DNA of 56,021 nt from Hydrogenovibrio sp. (GCA_965658885.1 CBFHUY010000001.1:1-56021); one strand, 5' to 3'. Shown: positions 20,366-31,004, counted from the first letter of the stretch. Numbers and translations are program-made. The notes: generated by a model from the sequence alone, not told the origin.

Positions 20366-20590
20366 ATGACCATGCATTATCAACAACACGCAAAAGAAGT
20401 GGTCTCCCGCTTCGAAAGAATGTTATCGAAAGAACAAGTAGAAGGCATTACCCAAGAACACTTTGATGAGCTGGAAATTCTCATCACGGCAGCTTTGGGA
20501 GTGGTTTATTCTGAGGTATCACATAAAGCGGCAAAGTCTTTGGAAGAAATGGCCAGCGCGCTTCGACATCAAGCCAATGAAGTCGATTAG
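20366..20590 (+). CDS. Small helical hypothetical protein, 74 aa
   Basis: AAGGA SD and a clean ORF downstream of ppk2. Confidence 0.7.
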   Translation: MTMHYQQHAKEVVSRFERMLSKEQVEGITQEHFDELEILITAALGVVYSEVSHKAAKSLEEMASALRHQANEVD

Positions 20591-20600
20591 CGATAGGTTG

Positions 20601-21227
20601 TTAATACAAAAAATCATTGCAATGGATTATTTGATAATCGGATTCCGGTTGCCACTCGGTCAAAAATTCTTCAAGTGATCCTTCATAACAGCCAGGTCGA
20701 AAAGGGGTGTGGCATAACCGGTTGGGGATTTGCCAGTCTTCCAATAAAGTGGCCGCACCGATTGCTTCAGCTGGTGCACCTGGCCAAATAAAGTGTGCCG
20801 GTTTGACGATAAAGGGAAAATCTGTGTCACTGTGAAGCAATACTTGAATCTGAAAGGATTTTCTTAATTGTTGGCTGAGATACAACGCAGTGGCAATAGC
20901 CTGATTTGAGGCCATGATCAACAAAGGCCTTTCGGCATTTAAAGATGCCGAAAAGTCGGCTAAATATCGCCAGGCCTGGTGGTTTTTAATGAAAACATAG
21001 GGCGCATCTACTGGCAGTGAAATGGGCGTTTTAGCCAGAAACTGAAGGCGATTTTTCTGTTGTGAAATGAGTTGAAACTGGGTTTGATTCCATTCAAAAG
21101 CGGCATTCAATGGTAAGTCAATCACTGAACGGGAGAGGTTCTTATCTGAGTGCACTTGCCAGTGACTTAGCCAATACCCATTCGACTGTTCGGTTTGTTG
21201 CTCAAAGTCCAGTTGGATATCGGTCAT
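20601..21227 (-). CDS. Degenerate PyrK-like protein (dihydroorotate dehydrogenase electron-transfer subunit) lacking the Fe-S tail
   Basis: Follows pyrB-pyrC'. LLEDWQIPNRL...PGCYEG resembles proteobacterial PyrK-like proteins. No CGxGxCxxC motif. Confidence 0.55.
   Translation of the reverse strand: MTDIQLDFEQQTEQSNGYWLSHWQVHSDKNLSRSVIDLPLNAAFEWNQTQFQLISQQKNRLQFLAKTPISLPVDAPYVFIKNHQAWRYLADFSASLNAERPLLIMASNQAIATALYLSQQLRKSFQIQVLLHSDTDFPFIVKPAHFIWPGAPAEAIGAATLLEDWQIPNRLCHTPFRPGCYEGSLEEFLTEWQPESDYQIIHCNDFLY
20970..20979. repeat. CCAGGCCTGG core, coding (KNHQAWR)
   Basis: aaatatcg-CCAGGCCTGG-tggtttttaa. Confidence 0.85.
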
Positions 21228-21233
21228 AATGGA

Positions 21234-22520
21234 CTAAATGGGGTTATTGCGATAGACAGGCCGTCCTTGGAAATAGGTCAGTTCTATTTGACCGTTAAAT
21301 TCCCAACCATCAAATGGTGAGTTGTCGCCCTGACTGACCATTTCCTTTCTGGAAAGCGTCCAATAGGCTTCGGGTTCAAAAAGACTGAAGTCAGCAAATA
21401 AGCCTGTGGTTAAACTGCCATTCTGAATGCCGAGTATTTTGGCAGGACCTTCCGTCAGCGCACGAATGGCTGTGCTTAAATCAAAGACGCCTTCTTCAAC
21501 CAGTTTCAGCGTTAAAGGCAGTAGCGTTTCTAAGCCACTGATACCGGGTTGGCTTTCACCAAAAGGTAACAGTTTCACATCCCGATCCAACGGGGTGTGG
21601 TCACTGACAATGGCATCGATAATGCCCATCTTAACGCCCATACGCAAAGCGTCCTTATCTTCATGACGGCGAAGTGGAGGAGACACATGGAACAATGAGT
21701 CAAAATCCAAGGTGTCGTACTCCGTCAGGTGTAATTGATGAATGGCCACATCACAAGTCACGGGTAAGCCACGTTTTTTGGCATCGGCAATCATCTCGAC
21801 TGATTTGGCTGTTGAAATCTGTGAAAAGTGAACACGCACGCCCGTTTCTTCTGCCAAGATGAGGTCTCTAGCCAAGGCAACGGTTTCTGCGGATGCCGTG
21901 ATTTCTGCCAAACCTAAACGACTACTAATGACACCGCTATGGGCCACGCCATTGTTTTTTAACGTAATATCTTCACAGCGTAACATCAATAATAGATCGT
22001 TACTGGCTGCATATTGCATGGCATTTTTTAACGTCAGTGGGTTTTGAATCGGTTGATTGGCTTGGCTGAGCGCAATGCACCCTGCATTTTTGAGTGCAGC
22101 CATATTGCTGAGCATTTTGCCTTCTAGGTTTTGACTGATGGCGCCAATCGGCAGTACAAAGGCCGTAGCCGCCTGACGCGCGCGACGTTGTATCAATTCC
22201 GTAACCGCCTGATTATCATTGACTGGACGGGTGTCGGGCGGACAACAAATAGTGGTAATGCCTCCGGCTACTGCTGCTTTGGTTTCTGAAGCAATGCTTC
22301 CTTCATAATGACTGCCTGGTTCGCCTAAGCGCGCTTGTAAGTCAATCAGGCCGGGTAATAGCCATTTCCCTTGCCCATCAATGGTCTGTGAAGCATTAAA
22401 ACCATCTGGCGTGGTGTCACTAATCGCAAAGATTCGACCTCGTGCAATATAGAGGTTGGTGATTTTGTCTAAATTCTGACTCGGATCAATAATACGAACC
22501 TGTTCAATAGCCAGTCTCAT
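21234..22520 (-). CDS. pyrC: Dihydroorotase-like protein, probably the inactive PyrC' structural subunit of ATCase
   Basis: PGLIDLQAR replaces the HxH metal motif, and SDHTPL replaces DHAPH. ATGA overlap with the pyrB stop at 22517-22520. Confidence 0.88.
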   Translation of the reverse strand: MRLAIEQVRIIDPSQNLDKITNLYIARGRIFAISDTTPDGFNASQTIDGQGKWLLPGLIDLQARLGEPGSHYEGSIASETKAAVAGGITTICCPPDTRPVNDNQAVTELIQRRARQAATAFVLPIGAISQNLEGKMLSNMAALKNAGCIALSQANQPIQNPLTLKNAMQYAASNDLLLMLRCEDITLKNNGVAHSGVISSRLGLAEITASAETVALARDLILAEETGVRVHFSQISTAKSVEMIADAKKRGLPVTCDVAIHQLHLTEYDTLDFDSLFHVSPPLRRHEDKDALRMGVKMGIIDAIVSDHTPLDRDVKLLPFGESQPGISGLETLLPLTLKLVEEGVFDLSTAIRALTEGPAKILGIQNGSLTTGLFADFSLFEPEAYWTLSRKEMVSQGDNSPFDGWEFNGQIELTYFQGRPVYRNNPI

Positions 22521-23530
22521 TTCGATTCCTCCAGGCAAGATGCGGCTAAGTTGGTCTCTTGTAACTGTTTGGCATTATCAATGATAATGCTCATCACGGC
22601 CATCCGTACGGCTATGCCATAAGTGACCTGCTCTAAAATGACCGATTGTTCGCCATCAGCGACTTCTGAGTCAATTTCCACACCGCGATTCACTGGGCCA
22701 GGGTGCATGACAATGGCATCCGGCTTGGCATAGTTCAGGCGCTCTTTGGTTAGACCATAAAGATTAAAAAACTCTTTTTCACTGGGTAGAAGGGCGCTTT
22801 TCATACGTTCATTCTGCAGGCGAACATTGATAATGACGTCAACGCCATCTAGGCCTTCTTCAATGTTTTCATAGACGTGAACTCCTAAGGCTTCTGGGTG
22901 TGACGGCATCAGCGTTCTTGGGCCGATAACGCGAATTTCTCTGGCCTCTAAAATACTGAGTGCTTGAATCTGAGACCTGACCACTCGTGAGTGTTGGATA
23001 TCGCCAATAATTGCGACCTTAAGGTCAAAAATGTCGCCTTTGTGTTTGCGAATGGTAAACATATCCAGCATGGCTTGCGTGGGATGTGCATGTTGCCCAT
23101 CCCCAGCGTTGATGACATGCACGTGCGGTGCCACATGTTTGGCAATAAAGTGTGCCGCGCCACTTTCACTGTGTCGTACCACAAACACATCGGCCATCAT
23201 GGCTTGCAGGTTCCAAAGGGTATCGAGTAATGTTTCGCCTTTTTTGGTGGAAGAGGTGGCGATATTTAAATTGACAACATCGGCCGACAACCGTTTTTCA
23301 GCGATTTCAAAGGTGGTCAGTGTGCGTGTGCTCGGCTCAAAAAATAGGTTCATTATGGCCTTGCCATGCAGGTTTGGCACTTTGCTAATCTGTTTGGTTT
23401 CGGGGTCAATAAAGGTATTGGCGACGTCCAGAATTTCTGTGAGATGATGGTGTTTTAAGCCTTCCAGGGTCAAAAAATGCCGTAGTTTTCCCTGGGCATT
23501 GAGTTGTAGATTTGGAGTTGTCAGTCTCAT
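22517..23530 (-). CDS. pyrB: Aspartate carbamoyltransferase catalytic subunit
   Basis: [31 protein letters not shown]. Confidence 0.97.
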   Translation of the reverse strand: MRLTTPNLQLNAQGKLRHFLTLEGLKHHHLTEILDVANTFIDPETKQISKVPNLHGKAIMNLFFEPSTRTLTTFEIAEKRLSADVVNLNIATSSTKKGETLLDTLWNLQAMMADVFVVRHSESGAAHFIAKHVAPHVHVINAGDGQHAHPTQAMLDMFTIRKHKGDIFDLKVAIIGDIQHSRVVRSQIQALSILEAREIRVIGPRTLMPSHPEALGVHVYENIEEGLDGVDVIINVRLQNERMKSALLPSEKEFFNLYGLTKERLNYAKPDAIVMHPGPVNRGVEIDSEVADGEQSVILEQVTYGIAVRMAVMSIIIDNAKQLQETNLAASCLEESK

Positions 23531-23541
23531 GATGATTCCTT

Positions 23542-23964
23542 TTAGAGCGCGTTGAGCCAGTTTTCTAAAATAATTTGGGCCGCATGGTCATCTATGGGTT
23601 GGTCAGGTTGCGTTTTGCGTTGTTCTGCTTCAATAGAGCTGAGTTGTTCTTCGATAAAGAAGATCGGCGTTTGATAGCGTCCGCTTAGGCGTTGTCCAAA
23701 TTTGCGTGCGGGTTGTGTGAGCGCTTGGGGTTCACCATTGAGCCGCATAGGAAGTCCAACCACAATGGCACTGGGTTGCCAGGCTTCAAATAAACGGCTG
23801 ATATGTTGCCAGTCCGGTTGACCATCTCGGCTGGCAACAATCGCTTCAGGTGACGCTGTTCGGCTAATGGTTTGACCAACAGCAACGCCAATCCGTTTCA
23901 GGCCAAAATCAAACCCCAATACAACACCTGAGACGTCTGCAGCAGATTGTGGCTGTTTAGCCAT
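23542..23964 (-). CDS. ruvX: Pre-16S rRNA nuclease / putative Holliday junction resolvase YqgF
   Basis: [33 protein letters not shown]. Confidence 0.94.
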   Translation of the reverse strand: MAKQPQSAADVSGVVLGFDFGLKRIGVAVGQTISRTASPEAIVASRDGQPDWQHISRLFEAWQPSAIVVGLPMRLNGEPQALTQPARKFGQRLSGRYQTPIFFIEEQLSSIEAEQRKTQPDQPIDDHAAQIILENWLNAL

Positions 23965-24532
23965 GTCCTGCTTCCATACTTAACGACTCAGGTAAAATGC
24001 CCAGGGTATTCAAAGCCACCTGCCATTTTTGATCAGGGTCGATATCAAATAATAGAGATTCGTTATAAGGAATCGTCAGCCAGTTATTTTGTTGAATTTC
24101 TTCATTGAGTTGGCCTTTTTCCCAACCGGCAAAGCCTAAGCAAACCAACATCTTCTCTGGCAATTGTCCCTCAGAAATGGATTTTAAAAAGTCCTCGGAA
24201 ACGGTCATCGCAAGATTGTCTGCTAAAGGCACGCTCTTTTGCCAGTTACCCGGGGGCTGATGCAAAATAAAGCCATGTTCCATATCCACTGGGCCTCCCA
24301 TCATAATCACTTGATCCGCCAGTGTTTCATTGGCTTCGAGCTGTTCTGTCGGAAGTTGAAAGTGCTCAAGTAATTGCGTGAGATTAAGCTTGTGCGGCAA
24401 ATTCACCACCAATCCCATCGTGCCGTGCTGATTGTCTTCAACGACATACACCAGCGTCTTTTCAAACCAGCTGTCCGCCAGCGTGGGCATCGCAATTAAG
24501 AAATGATGTTCGAGTGAAGTTAAGTTTTCCAT
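23957..24532 (-). CDS. yqgE: YqgE/AlgH family protein
   Basis: FLIAMP, MGLVVN, GGPV, GFAGW..GQL..EI..NNWL. Confidence 0.94.
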   Translation of the reverse strand: MENLTSLEHHFLIAMPTLADSWFEKTLVYVVEDNQHGTMGLVVNLPHKLNLTQLLEHFQLPTEQLEANETLADQVIMMGGPVDMEHGFILHQPPGNWQKSVPLADNLAMTVSEDFLKSISEGQLPEKMLVCLGFAGWEKGQLNEEIQQNNWLTIPYNESLLFDIDPDQKWQVALNTLGILPESLSMEAGHG

Positions 24533-24633
24533 AGTTTGGAATTATATCAGCTTGTTTTCGTATTCAGTTAAACAATTACCAACACAACCACAAGATTTAT
24601 AAAATTTGCGGTTCGCCCGAATCAATGACCTGC

Positions 24634-25707
24634 CTAATCAATAAAGTGAAGACGCTCACTGATGGCTGGTGTCATGTGGAATTGATTGGCTTGATCAATG
24701 AGGATGGCTTGGGTAATGCCCATTTGTTTGGCAATGGTTTGCCAGTTATCAGGGCCGGCAATCATTAAAGCGGTGGCGGCCGCATCTGCGGTGGTGGCAT
24801 CTTGATGAATGACCGTGACCGATAGAAATGCATCGGCTGGCTTGCCGGTATTGGGGTTGATAATGTGGCTATAGCGTTTGCCTTGCCACTCAAAAAAGCG
24901 TTGATAGTTCCCTGAGGTAACAATGCTTTCATCCCCAGAAATTTCCAGCCAAGCAATTGGTTTTTGTGGATTGGCCGGGGATTGAATGCCAATGTGCCAA
25001 GCGTCGGAATGATCTTGGCTTACTGCATGACTGGGACGTTTTTGGCCAATAATGCGCATGTCCCCGCCGATATTCACAATCGCATTGCGAATTCCTGACT
25101 GCTTTAGGGTGTTAATGGCAATATCCAGCGCCAAGCCTTTGGCATTGCCGCCAAAATCCAATTGCACATCAGGGTTATCACTAATGAGTTGGTTGCCTTT
25201 AAAGTGAATCGCTTTAATGGACGGACGATGTTGTAACCAAGCCGTTATTTGATCTTTAGACGGTGGCGGACCTTGCCAGTCTTCAGCGTGAAAGCCCCAA
25301 AGATTGATGAGTTGGCCAATGCCAGGGTCAAATAAATAATCTGACTGAGCTGCTAATTGTTGAGATTTGATTATGAACTGCTTAACGCCGTTGGGGACTT
25401 TAATTGGGGTTTGCTCGGCAATCGATTGATTGATTTTGCTCAGAATGCCGCCTTTTTCCCAAGCATGCCAGTCGCGATTAAATTGATGGAAGCGTTGTTC
25501 GATGTTGATAATTGCTTGTTGAGCCAGCGCCTCTGGCGTATCGACAATTTCGATATTGACTTGGGTACCAAACACGTAAAAGCTTTGTTGGACCGGTGGT
25601 AAGGTTTTTGCATCTGAGCAACCAGTTAGTAGAGTCACACTATAAACACACAGTAAAAACCACCAGGCCTGGTGGTTTTGAATGTTCAAAAAGGGCTTTA
25701 ATCGCAT
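24634..25707 (-). CDS. apbE: FAD:protein FMN transferase (ApbE) lipoprotein
   Basis: Lipobox LTG-C, FDPGIG, DFGGNAKG, TSGNYQR, HIINPNTG, ADAAATA. Confidence 0.92.
   Translation of the reverse strand: MRLKPFLNIQNHQAWWFLLCVYSVTLLTGCSDAKTLPPVQQSFYVFGTQVNIEIVDTPEALAQQAIINIEQRFHQFNRDWHAWEKGGILSKINQSIAEQTPIKVPNGVKQFIIKSQQLAAQSDYLFDPGIGQLINLWGFHAEDWQGPPPSKDQITAWLQHRPSIKAIHFKGNQLISDNPDVQLDFGGNAKGLALDIAINTLKQSGIRNAIVNIGGDMRIIGQKRPSHAVSQDHSDAWHIGIQSPANPQKPIAWLEISGDESIVTSGNYQRFFEWQGKRYSHIINPNTGKPADAFLSVTVIHQDATTADAAATALMIAGPDNWQTIAKQMGITQAILIDQANQFHMTPAISERLHFID
25656..25679. repeat. Extended palindrome in the 5' end of apbE (QNHQAWWF)
   Basis: aaaacca-CCAGGCCTGG-tggtttt, a perfect 24-bp palindrome. 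Confidence 0.9.
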
Positions 25708-26678
25708 GGTTGGTGGTTGAGAGTTGCTTCTAAATGGTCAAATAATTGCCCAGCAATATTGAGGTCGAATTGGGCATCCAATTCTCGAATGCAGGTTGGG
25801 CTGGTGACATTAATTTCAGTAATATAATCGCCAATGACATCTAATCCGACAAAATGTAAGCCTTTTTGGCGCAGGGTGGGGGCGACCTGTTCACACAACC
25901 ATCGGTCGCGATCCGTTAGTGGTTGACCAACACCGCGACCACCAGCGGCAATATTGCCACGGGTTTCCCCTTCAGCTGGAATGCGGGCTAAAGCATAATC
26001 AACAGGGCTACCATTGATGAGTAAAATGCGTTTATCTCCTTGCGCGATTTCCGGTAAATAGCGTTGCGCCATAATGGCATGTTGTCCATGGTCGGTCATG
26101 GTTTCAAGTATGACATTGATATTCGGATCGTCCTCACGAACTCGAAAAATGGAAGCGCCGCCCATGGCATCCAGCGGTTTTAAAATGGCATCCTGATGGG
26201 TATTGATAAAGGTCTTAATCCGTTCAGCATTTGCAGCCACCAAAGTCGGTGGAATGCAATGCGGAAACCAGCTGGCAAACAGTTTTTCATTACAATCTCT
26301 TAAGGACTGAGGTTTGTTCACCACCAAAGTGCCCTGAGCTTCTGCTAATTCCAATAGATGGGTACTATAAAGATAGTCGGCATCAAATGGCGGATCTTGT
26401 CGAATAAAGAGGATATCCAATGTGCTTAAATCACACACTGAAGTTGCGCCAAAACCGTAATACTGACTTGTCTGGTCGTCTTGTGCTCTATCCCAAACTT
26501 TGAGTTCACTGACTGAGGCATAAGGTTGGGCATTGTCCAAGAACAGATCTTCGGGTTCCATATAGTAGAGCTGATGCCCCCGACGTTGCGCCTCAAGTAA
26601 CATGGCAAAAGAACTGTCTTTGTAAGGCTTTATTTTGTCAATCGGGTCCATGACCATTCCGATTTTGAGCAGTTGCAT
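25698..26678 (-). CDS. gshB: Glutathione synthetase
   Basis: VMDP..IKPYKDSS, RQDPPFD, NEKL, GDKRI, EINVTSPT. Confidence 0.96.
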   Translation of the reverse strand: MQLLKIGMVMDPIDKIKPYKDSSFAMLLEAQRRGHQLYYMEPEDLFLDNAQPYASVSELKVWDRAQDDQTSQYYGFGATSVCDLSTLDILFIRQDPPFDADYLYSTHLLELAEAQGTLVVNKPQSLRDCNEKLFASWFPHCIPPTLVAANAERIKTFINTHQDAILKPLDAMGGASIFRVREDDPNINVILETMTDHGQHAIMAQRYLPEIAQGDKRILLINGSPVDYALARIPAEGETRGNIAAGGRGVGQPLTDRDRWLCEQVAPTLRQKGLHFVGLDVIGDYITEINVTSPTCIRELDAQFDLNIAGQLFDHLEATLNHQPCD

Positions 26679-26694
26679 AGGCCGTCCTTATGGT

Positions 26695-27984
26695 TTAGAG
26701 AGATTGAGCTGCGGCAATTTCGCGGGCTGCGGCAAGCAGTGCTAAGCGTGCAACCACGCCATAGGCATAGAATCGATTTGGCCCAGCATCGGGAGATTGG
26801 TTTTGATCCGGCATCACACACGCATTTTCAAAAGATAAGGGTTCAAAATGCATGCCAGGTGAATTGAGATTGTCAGTGGCTTCTTTGCCGGTATGAACTC
26901 GGTAAAACCCACCGATGACTTGGTTATGCATCATATAAACCACCGGCTCAGCAACGGCATCTTCTATGGTCTCATGGGTATAAACGCCTTCTTGCACCAA
27001 CATTTGTTCGGCAATCAGTCCTTCTTTGGCAGAAGACATTTTATTGCGCTGTTTACGATTTAATTGCAACACATCCTCGGCGGTCTTGACCGACATAATG
27101 GCCATGCCGTAGGTGCCACTGTCGGATTTGACAATCACAAAGGGTTTGCAGTTGATGTCATGTTGTTCATAGTAGTGTTGGGTTTTCTGCAAAACTTGGT
27201 TAACGGTTTCGGCTAACTGGTCAATGCCCGTTCTATCTTTGAAATTAATCGGACCACATTGTTCGGACAAGGGGTTAATTAACCAAGGGTCGATTTGAAT
27301 CATTTGCGAAAATTCATTGGTGACATCGGTATAAAATTTAAAGTGTTCCGTCTTAAAGCGCGTTGCCCAACCGAGATCCAATGGTGGCAGAAGCGTTTGC
27401 TCAATGTCTTCCAAAATCGCTGGGCGGCCACTGGATAAGTCATTGTTCAGGAGCACTGCGCAAGGGAAAAAATCATTGACACCGACTCGTGCGCCTTGGC
27501 GTTTAAGTGGGTGTTGCGTGAGGGTTTTGCCGGATGGCAGAGTTAACTGGGTGGTTTCGGTCAGGTCTGGGTTTAAGCTGCCAATATGGACTTCATAACC
27601 AGCGGAAACAATGATTTCTTGCAATATGGCTAAGTTTTCTAGATAAAACTGGTTACGCGTATGATTTTCGGGGATGAGTAGTACGCCATCGGCAATGGGG
27701 CAAGCCTGGGTAATGGCATTTTGCGCGGCTTGAATCGCCAGCGGTCGTAAATCGGAGTGCAAATTATTAAAGCCAGCTGGAAATAAATTGGTATCCACTG
27801 GCGCCAGTTTATAGCCGGCATTGCGTAGGTCTACCGATGCATAAAATGGGGCTGGGGTTTGCTTGAATTGTTTTCTGAACCAACCTTCAATTTCCGCTTG
27901 ATGATTTAAAAGGTGTTGTTCCAGTTCAAGTAACGGGCCAGTGAGTGCTGTTTGTAAATGTGGCACTTGATGCGTAGAGGGCAT
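26695..27984 (-). CDS. gshA: Glutamate--cysteine ligase (GshA family found next to gshB)
   Basis: VPHLQTAL, SVDLRNAGYKLAPVDTNLFP, GTYGM, NRFYAYGVVARLA. Start probably ATG 27984. Confidence 0.93.
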   Translation of the reverse strand: MPSTHQVPHLQTALTGPLLELEQHLLNHQAEIEGWFRKQFKQTPAPFYASVDLRNAGYKLAPVDTNLFPAGFNNLHSDLRPLAIQAAQNAITQACPIADGVLLIPENHTRNQFYLENLAILQEIIVSAGYEVHIGSLNPDLTETTQLTLPSGKTLTQHPLKRQGARVGVNDFFPCAVLLNNDLSSGRPAILEDIEQTLLPPLDLGWATRFKTEHFKFYTDVTNEFSQMIQIDPWLINPLSEQCGPINFKDRTGIDQLAETVNQVLQKTQHYYEQHDINCKPFVIVKSDSGTYGMAIMSVKTAEDVLQLNRKQRNKMSSAKEGLIAEQMLVQEGVYTHETIEDAVAEPVVYMMHNQVIGGFYRVHTGKEATDNLNSPGMHFEPLSFENACVMPDQNQSPDAGPNRFYAYGVVARLALLAAAREIAAAQSL

Positions 27985-28066
27985 ATTTTTTCTCAAAAGT
28001 TGAAATGATATTGGGGGTTAATCAATTGATGTCAATATTATACAGAAGTGTTGATTTGAACAAAGG

Positions 28067-28798
28067 TTAAAAGTCGCCCCATAGGGTTTGTAGTGCCGAT
28101 AAAATGACCAGGCCTGCGGTTTCCGTACGTAAGATGCGGGGACCTAACCGTATGGGTTTTAACCCTTTTTTACATGCCAAAGTCACTTCTTCTTCGCTCA
28201 GCCCCCCTTCAGGGCCAATTAAAATGGCAAGCGGGTCATTGGTGGGGGGCGGGAGCTGTTTCAGGCTGTGGGTTGCGGTTGGTTCCAATACCAGACCCTG
28301 TGTGTGTTCAACCGAGGCAAGCCAATCAGTAAAGGTTATGGGGGGTAAAATCGTGGGTAGGTGGTTGCGATTGCTTTGCTCACAGGCCGCAATAGCAATG
28401 TCTTGCCATTGTTGTTGGCGCTTCAATTGTTTATCGGCAGTGAGTTTGACATCACAGTGTTCGGTAAACAGCGGCTGAATGGTGGTGATGCCCAGTTCGG
28501 TGGCCTTTTGAATGGTAAAGTCCATGCGGTCACCTTTGGAAATGCCTTGTAGTAACACGGTATGAAGCGGTGATTCACGGTTGATGGTATCAATCGCGAT
28601 AATCTCGACTTCGGCATGGCGACGGTCAATCACGTGTAATTGGGCTTGCGCTTGAGCGCCTTGGCCGTCAAACAGCTCCACTGGGCGTTGGTGCTTAAGC
28701 CGTAATACAGTGAGCGCATAGTGCACTTGTGCTTTCTCCAGACTTAACCTTGTTCCCTTTTGATAGGGGGCAGGCAAATAAAAGCGGGGAATGCGCAT
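28067..28798 (-). CDS. rsmE: 16S rRNA m3U1498 methyltransferase
   Basis: QKATELG, ACEQS, IGPEGG, LGPRILRTETA. Confidence 0.96.
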   Translation of the reverse strand: MRIPRFYLPAPYQKGTRLSLEKAQVHYALTVLRLKHQRPVELFDGQGAQAQAQLHVIDRRHAEVEIIAIDTINRESPLHTVLLQGISKGDRMDFTIQKATELGITTIQPLFTEHCDVKLTADKQLKRQQQWQDIAIAACEQSNRNHLPTILPPITFTDWLASVEHTQGLVLEPTATHSLKQLPPPTNDPLAILIGPEGGLSEEEVTLACKKGLKPIRLGPRILRTETAGLVILSALQTLWGDF

Positions 28799-28820
28799 AA
28801 ATCAAAGGTCTCGCTAAAGC

Positions 28821-29684
28821 TTATTGAATCGGTGACTTAAAAGTCAGCGCTTGCACAATGCTGGTAGTCGGCTCGGCTTGGTTCATGCTGTAAAAATGCA
28901 GCCCGGGCGCACCGGCATCGAGTAAGCGTTGGCACATTTCTGTGACCACTTCTTGCCCAAACGCTTTGAGACTTTCGGTATCGTCGCCATAGCTTTCCAA
29001 TCGACATTTTAACCAACGCGGCACTTCGGCACCACAGCCTTCCGAAAATCGAATTAGGTTTTCATAATTGGTAATGGGCATAATGCCGGGTACAATCGGT
29101 AAGTCAATCCCTGAGCGTTCACAGTTATCAATAAAGTAGAGGTAGCTGTCAACATTGTAAAAGTATTGGGTAATTGCAGAATCCGCTCCCTGTGCAATTT
29201 TATGTTTAAACCACTTAATGCCTATGTCGCAGTTGCGAGCTTGCGGGTGGGTTTCAGGGTAGGCCGCCACTTCTAAATGAAATTGATCCCCTCGTTCTTG
29301 ACGAATAAAGGCGATGAGGTCACTGGCATATTTAAATTCACCTGGATCCATCATCCCCGATGGCAGATCGCCTCTTAAGGCGACAATACGCTGTATGCCC
29401 ATTTCGGCGTAGGCATCCAATAGTGCACGGACACTGTCGGCGGTGGCGCCAATGCAAGTCAGGTGGGGGGCGGCATCAAATTCTGTTTGGGTTTGAATAT
29501 AATCAACTGTTTCAATGGTTCTGGCCTGAGTGGTGCCACCAGCGCCATAGGTAACAGACATATATTGCGGTTGAATCACTTTGAGAGATTCAATCACTGC
29601 TTTGAGTTTTTCCATCCCCACATCGGTGCGCGGTGGGAAGAATTCTAAACTGAGGTGTTGCGGGTATTTTTGTTGCGACTGCAT
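28821..29684 (-). CDS. metF: Methylenetetrahydrofolate reductase
   Basis: SLEFFPP, SVTYGAGG, HLTC, ALRGD, AAYPE, ITQYF, GLHFYSMN. Confidence 0.96.
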   Translation of the reverse strand: MQSQQKYPQHLSLEFFPPRTDVGMEKLKAVIESLKVIQPQYMSVTYGAGGTTQARTIETVDYIQTQTEFDAAPHLTCIGATADSVRALLDAYAEMGIQRIVALRGDLPSGMMDPGEFKYASDLIAFIRQERGDQFHLEVAAYPETHPQARNCDIGIKWFKHKIAQGADSAITQYFYNVDSYLYFIDNCERSGIDLPIVPGIMPITNYENLIRFSEGCGAEVPRWLKCRLESYGDDTESLKAFGQEVVTEMCQRLLDAGAPGLHFYSMNQAEPTTSIVQALTFKSPIQ

Positions 29685-29713
29685 GCGACTTCCTTTTGTG
29701 AGACTCGGCGGTA

Positions 29714-29737
29714 AAAACCCCCAGGCCTGGGGGTTTT
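29714..29737. repeat. Extended palindrome between metK and metF
   Basis: aaaaccc-CCAGGCCTGG-gggtttt, a perfect 24-bp palindrome. Confidence 0.9.
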
Positions 29738-29754
29738 AGACTGTTTAGCTGGGA

Positions 29755-30912
29755 TTATAGCCCTGCGTCTAGTCTGAGTTGTGCCGCCTTGTCTGTTTTT
29801 TCCCAAGTAAATTCAGGGGTTTCTCGCCCAAAGTGACCATACGCTGCGGTCGCCTGATAAATGGGACGAACCAAATCAAGCATTGCAATTAAGCCTTTGG
29901 GACGCAAGTCAAAATGTTCTCGAACCAAGGCTTCAATGGTGCTTAAAGCAACCTTTTCTGTGCCAAAAGTTTCAAGGCTGATGGATGTTGGTTCCGCCAC
30001 CCCAATCGCATAAGAAACCTGGATTTCACATTTGTCAGCCAAACCGGCGGCAACGATATTTTTGGCAACATAGCGCCCGGCATAAGCTGCAGAGCGATCC
30101 ACTTTAGACGGGTCCTTACCAGAAAATGCGCCTCCACCGTGTCGAGCCATGCCGCCGTAGGTATCCACAATAATCTTACGACCTGTTAAGCCTGCATCGC
30201 CTACCGGGCCGCCAATTACAAATTTTCCGGTTGGATTAATGTGGTACTGGGTGTTCGCATGTAGCCACTCGGCGGGCAGAATCGGTTTAATGATTTCTTC
30301 CATCACCGCTTCGTGAAGCGTTTTGTTGTTAACATCCGGATTGTGTTGTGTCGAGATAACCACCGCATCAATCGCGACCGGTTGACCATTTTCATAGCGC
30401 AAGGTGACTTGGCTTTTGGCATCCGGTCTTAGCCAATCCAATGCTTTTGAATGACGCAGTTCAGCTTGCTTTTCCATGAGTCGATGGGCATAAAAAATTG
30501 GAGCAGGCATCAGCACAGAGGTTTCATTGGAAGCATAACCAAACATCAGACCTTGGTCACCCGCGCCTTGCTCGTGATTGTCGGTTTCATCAACGCCTTG
30601 AGCAATTTCAGGCGATTGTTTACCAATGGAACTCAGTACCGCACAGGTGGCACCATCAAAGCCTAAATCACCATGGTTGTAGCCAATATCGGTGACCACT
30701 TTGCGAACCAATTCCTCCTGATCGACCCATGCATTGGTGGTGATTTCGCCTCCCAACATCACCATGCCAGTTTTGACAAAGGTTTCGCAGGCAACGCGTG
30801 CTTTGGGATCTTGTTTTAGGATGGCATCTAACATCGCATCGGAAATTTGATCGGCAATTTTATCTGGATGGCCTTCTGAAACGGATTCGGAGGTAAATAC
30901 AGTGGTTGTCAT
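29755..30912 (-). CDS. metK: S-adenosylmethionine synthetase
   Basis: [33 protein letters not shown]. Confidence 0.98.
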   Translation of the reverse strand: MTTTVFTSESVSEGHPDKIADQISDAMLDAILKQDPKARVACETFVKTGMVMLGGEITTNAWVDQEELVRKVVTDIGYNHGDLGFDGATCAVLSSIGKQSPEIAQGVDETDNHEQGAGDQGLMFGYASNETSVLMPAPIFYAHRLMEKQAELRHSKALDWLRPDAKSQVTLRYENGQPVAIDAVVISTQHNPDVNNKTLHEAVMEEIIKPILPAEWLHANTQYHINPTGKFVIGGPVGDAGLTGRKIIVDTYGGMARHGGGAFSGKDPSKVDRSAAYAGRYVAKNIVAAGLADKCEIQVSYAIGVAEPTSISLETFGTEKVALSTIEALVREHFDLRPKGLIAMLDLVRPIYQATAAYGHFGRETPEFTWEKTDKAAQLRLDAGL

Positions 30913-31004
30913 TTAGCGTGTTCCTCAAGTTAATATTCAAACAAAGTTGACTTGAATGTAAAAGTTTCTTGGAACGGCATTTGGAGGGAGGTTTGTAAGG
31001 ACTT

